The notes beneath the pieces are model-generated. The model had not been told where the DNA came from and ran no database searches. It saw only the letters and a list, made by a program, of their open reading frames with translations. Below are positions 61,852 to 64,000 of a DNA stretch of 64,000 bases, in pieces. The stretch lies in the NCBI GenBank assembly GCA_016906335.1, contig JADEYG010000007.1:1736001-1800000 (forward strand), in the 5' to 3' direction. The DNA comes from Novakomyces olei (taxonomy: Eukaryota). A program made the position numbers and the translations under genes. Positions within the stretch are counted from its first letter, which is position 1. Each line of letters begins with the position of its first letter.

Positions 61852-63166
61852 TTACGAAACAACCTGCCATACGCGGATGAGATTGTCTGTCCAGCCAGAG
61901 AACAAAGTCTGGCCATCGCTGGACCAGGCGAGCGAGATAGGTTCAGCCTGAGTAGCGTGCTTTCCGAGCTTAAGATCCTCGACAATAAGCTCATCAACCA
62001 GAGATTTGCTCTCAAGATCAAAGATCTTGATTCCAGAGGCAGTAGCAGCGCACAGCCAGTAGCGGTTGGGAGAGAAAACGAGAGAGTGCACAACGTCCTT
62101 GGCGTCGAGGGAGTAAAGGTGACGAGATTCACCCAAATCCCACAGCATAACAGAACCGTCCTTGCCGCAGGTAGCGCAAAGTGAACCATCAGGAGAAATG
62201 GCAACAAAAGAAATGTAGCCAGTATGACCATAAAAGTTGCTCTGCAGCTTGAACTCAAAAGTATCCCAGACCTTTACAGTTAGTATATGTTTTTCACACT
62301 AAGTTAAAAGCTTTATTTTCTTTATTTATGCTCTGTAGCACTGCTGCACTTTTAAGTATTGTAATTGCTTTGCTTTCGCCCATCTGATCCCTTGATCACA
62401 ATTACTGTCACCAACAAAACAGCCGCCAACATAGACTAGCCTGGCAGTTTTTGACATTTTTTTCCCTGACCTTGGAACCATGTATCAGATATTCCTGTGG
62501 ATCTGTTTGTCTCACTGACAAATGTCTCTGAAGTAGCAAATATTGAATGTGCATCATCTCGGCATCAAGCTAAAGCAACCACATATCTAAAGATTGCATA
62601 AATAATACAGTTGTCCAGTACAGGCACAGAGCATTGAGAAATCAACTTACCTTTACAATACGGTCCCAGCCAGAAGAGACAACGACTGGAATCTTGGCCG
62701 AAGGTGACCAACGTACGCAAGAAACCCACTCGGTATGGCCTTCAACGACTTGCAGACATTCACCTACAGTGTTCCAGCGACGGATAGTACGGTCGCGGGA
62801 TCCAGAAATGACTTGACGGTTGTCTTGAGACATGGAAACGGACAACACATCGTTAGTATGTCCAACAAAGCGGGTCCGAGTCTTGCCGGTGCCCAATTCC
62901 CACAATCGCAGAGTCTTGTCCCAAGAAGAAGACAGAGCAAATTGACCATCTTGAGAGAGAGTGCAGTCAGACACGAAATGGTTGTGCCCGGTAAGACGGC
63001 GCCGTGCTACACCAAACGAGGTATCATCCCGAGTAAGGTCCCATACGACCAGAGTCTTGTCACGCGATCCCGATAACAAAATGTTAGGGTTAGCAGCAGA
63101 GGTAGCGAGGGTAGTGACCCAATTGCTGTGGCCTTCCAGCGTTGCGCGCAGTGCAATTGTCTCCAT
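61852..63166 (-). CDS. cpc2: RACK1 / G-beta-like WD40 40S ribosomal protein; intron 62272-62650
   Basis: [69 protein letters not shown]. Confidence 0.96.
62483..62560 (-). ncRNA. snR24: Box C/D snoRNA U24 (snR24) in the RACK1 intron
   Basis: Box C ATGATG, guide ATATTTGCTACT complementary to LSU rRNA AGTAGCAAATAT, D' CAGA, C' GTGAGA, D CTGA; U24 is known to be hosted in the ASC1/cpc2 intron. Confidence 0.85.
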
Positions 63167-63254
63167 GTTTGTGTGGTGTTTGTAGAAAGATCAATTATCA
63201 CGTGGTACAAAGTATAAACAGGTTTGTTGTGGGTGCCCTGTTGATACAAAAACG

Positions 63255-63276
63255 CAGTCACAACAGTAACCCTAAC
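63255..63276. promoter_or_regulatory. Homol D box (CAGTCACA) plus Homol E/telobox-like TAACCCTAAC upstream of RACK1
   Basis: Exact CAGTCACA at 63255-63262, about 90 bp upstream of the ATG of a ribosomal protein gene. Confidence 0.65.
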
Positions 63277-63811
63277 AGACCTAGTTCATTTACTATACAG
63301 CATCTGGCAGACCTCGTGTCCAAGTAATAGAATAAGCCAGCCAGGCAAGTGTAAATTAACGCAGTAGTAATGCTAATAATTGTTTTAGTATAAAAAACAA
63401 CAATATTTTGCAGAGCATATTGCACACTATATATCCTTTGCCCTGAGCATCAAATATCCAATTGAGCTTATTTAATAGACTTGTATTTTTTAATTTAAGA
63501 ACAAATTTAAACTTGACAGGAAAATTCTCTTAACTTTGGTGTGCTCAATAAATATCAATACGTGCTTGCGCTGAATCTTTTATCACCCCTTTACAACCCT
63601 TTACAGGTCTTAGTCTTGTAAAGGCATTTGCTATTATTATGGTTCTCATACCCTATAAAGTGCAAAATGTATGTTTTGACTAATTTATCGACAGATTATC
63701 TATCATCAATTACTATGTAGTATATATCGACTAATACTGATTCTTGAGCAGTGAAGTAAAATAACATTATAATTAATTTTTATACATTGCCAATAGGCAG
63801 AACGTGACAAG

Positions 63812-64000
63812 ATGGCCGGTGTCGCTTCTGGCCTGAGCGGGTTGTCAGAAAAAATAAAGGCTTCTTTAAGCACTTCAATATCACAATCAAAGCCTAAGAA
63901 AAATCAACGCGGCAATAAAACCGAAAAGCTTAATCGGTCTGAAAAAAGCGCGAACACTGATGCGAAAAAGAAGCCGGTGAATACGAAGGCCTTTCCTTCT
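63812..64000 (+). CDS. Start of a Lys-rich protein running off the window edge (unidentified)
   Basis: ATG-initiated frame open for 63 codons to the edge (MAGVASGLSGLSEKIKASL...), divergent from RACK1. Confidence 0.45.
   Translation, partial: MAGVASGLSGLSEKIKASLSTSISQSKPKKNQRGNKTEKLNRSEKSANTDAKKKPVNTKAFPS

Overview
Intron-containing fungal (ascomycete, possibly Taphrinomycotina; not provable from the window) genomic DNA with three zones. (1) 1-10162 is a nested stack of Ty3/Gypsy LTR retrotransposons. Element E1 (+) sits in the integrase of E2 (-). E2 sits in the RT of E3 (-). E3 carries a solo LTR in its gag start and itself interrupts an Ala/Glu/Lys repeat gene. The main discovery is that E1 carries an extra intact 345-aa ORF (2172-3209) between its chromodomain integrase and its PPT/3' LTR. 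This ORF encodes an NLS, a C2H2 zinc finger and a KDM2/KDM7 (Jhd1/Epe1)-type JmjC domain with all Fe/2-OG ligands intact, making it a candidate retrotransposon-borne histone demethylase / anti-silencing factor. (2) ~14.4-50 kb holds ordinary host genes: DUF4336, a hybrid histidine kinase, a UNC93-like MFS transporter, a GH29 fucosidase, a C2H2 fungal TF, a Nop13-like RRM protein, a Cld1-like hydrolase, Iec3-like, ISWI and two small genes. (3) This block is bracketed by two diverged, inverted copies of an unrecognised multi-kb repeat (10163-~14310 +, ~50090-60968 -). The right copy contains tandem duplications, a Leo1 fragment and a 120-bp higher-order satellite derived from an exon plus intron. 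The window ends with RACK1 (cpc2/ASC1), which has an intronic U24 snoRNA. All calls come from reading the sequence and ORF track; no searches were run.
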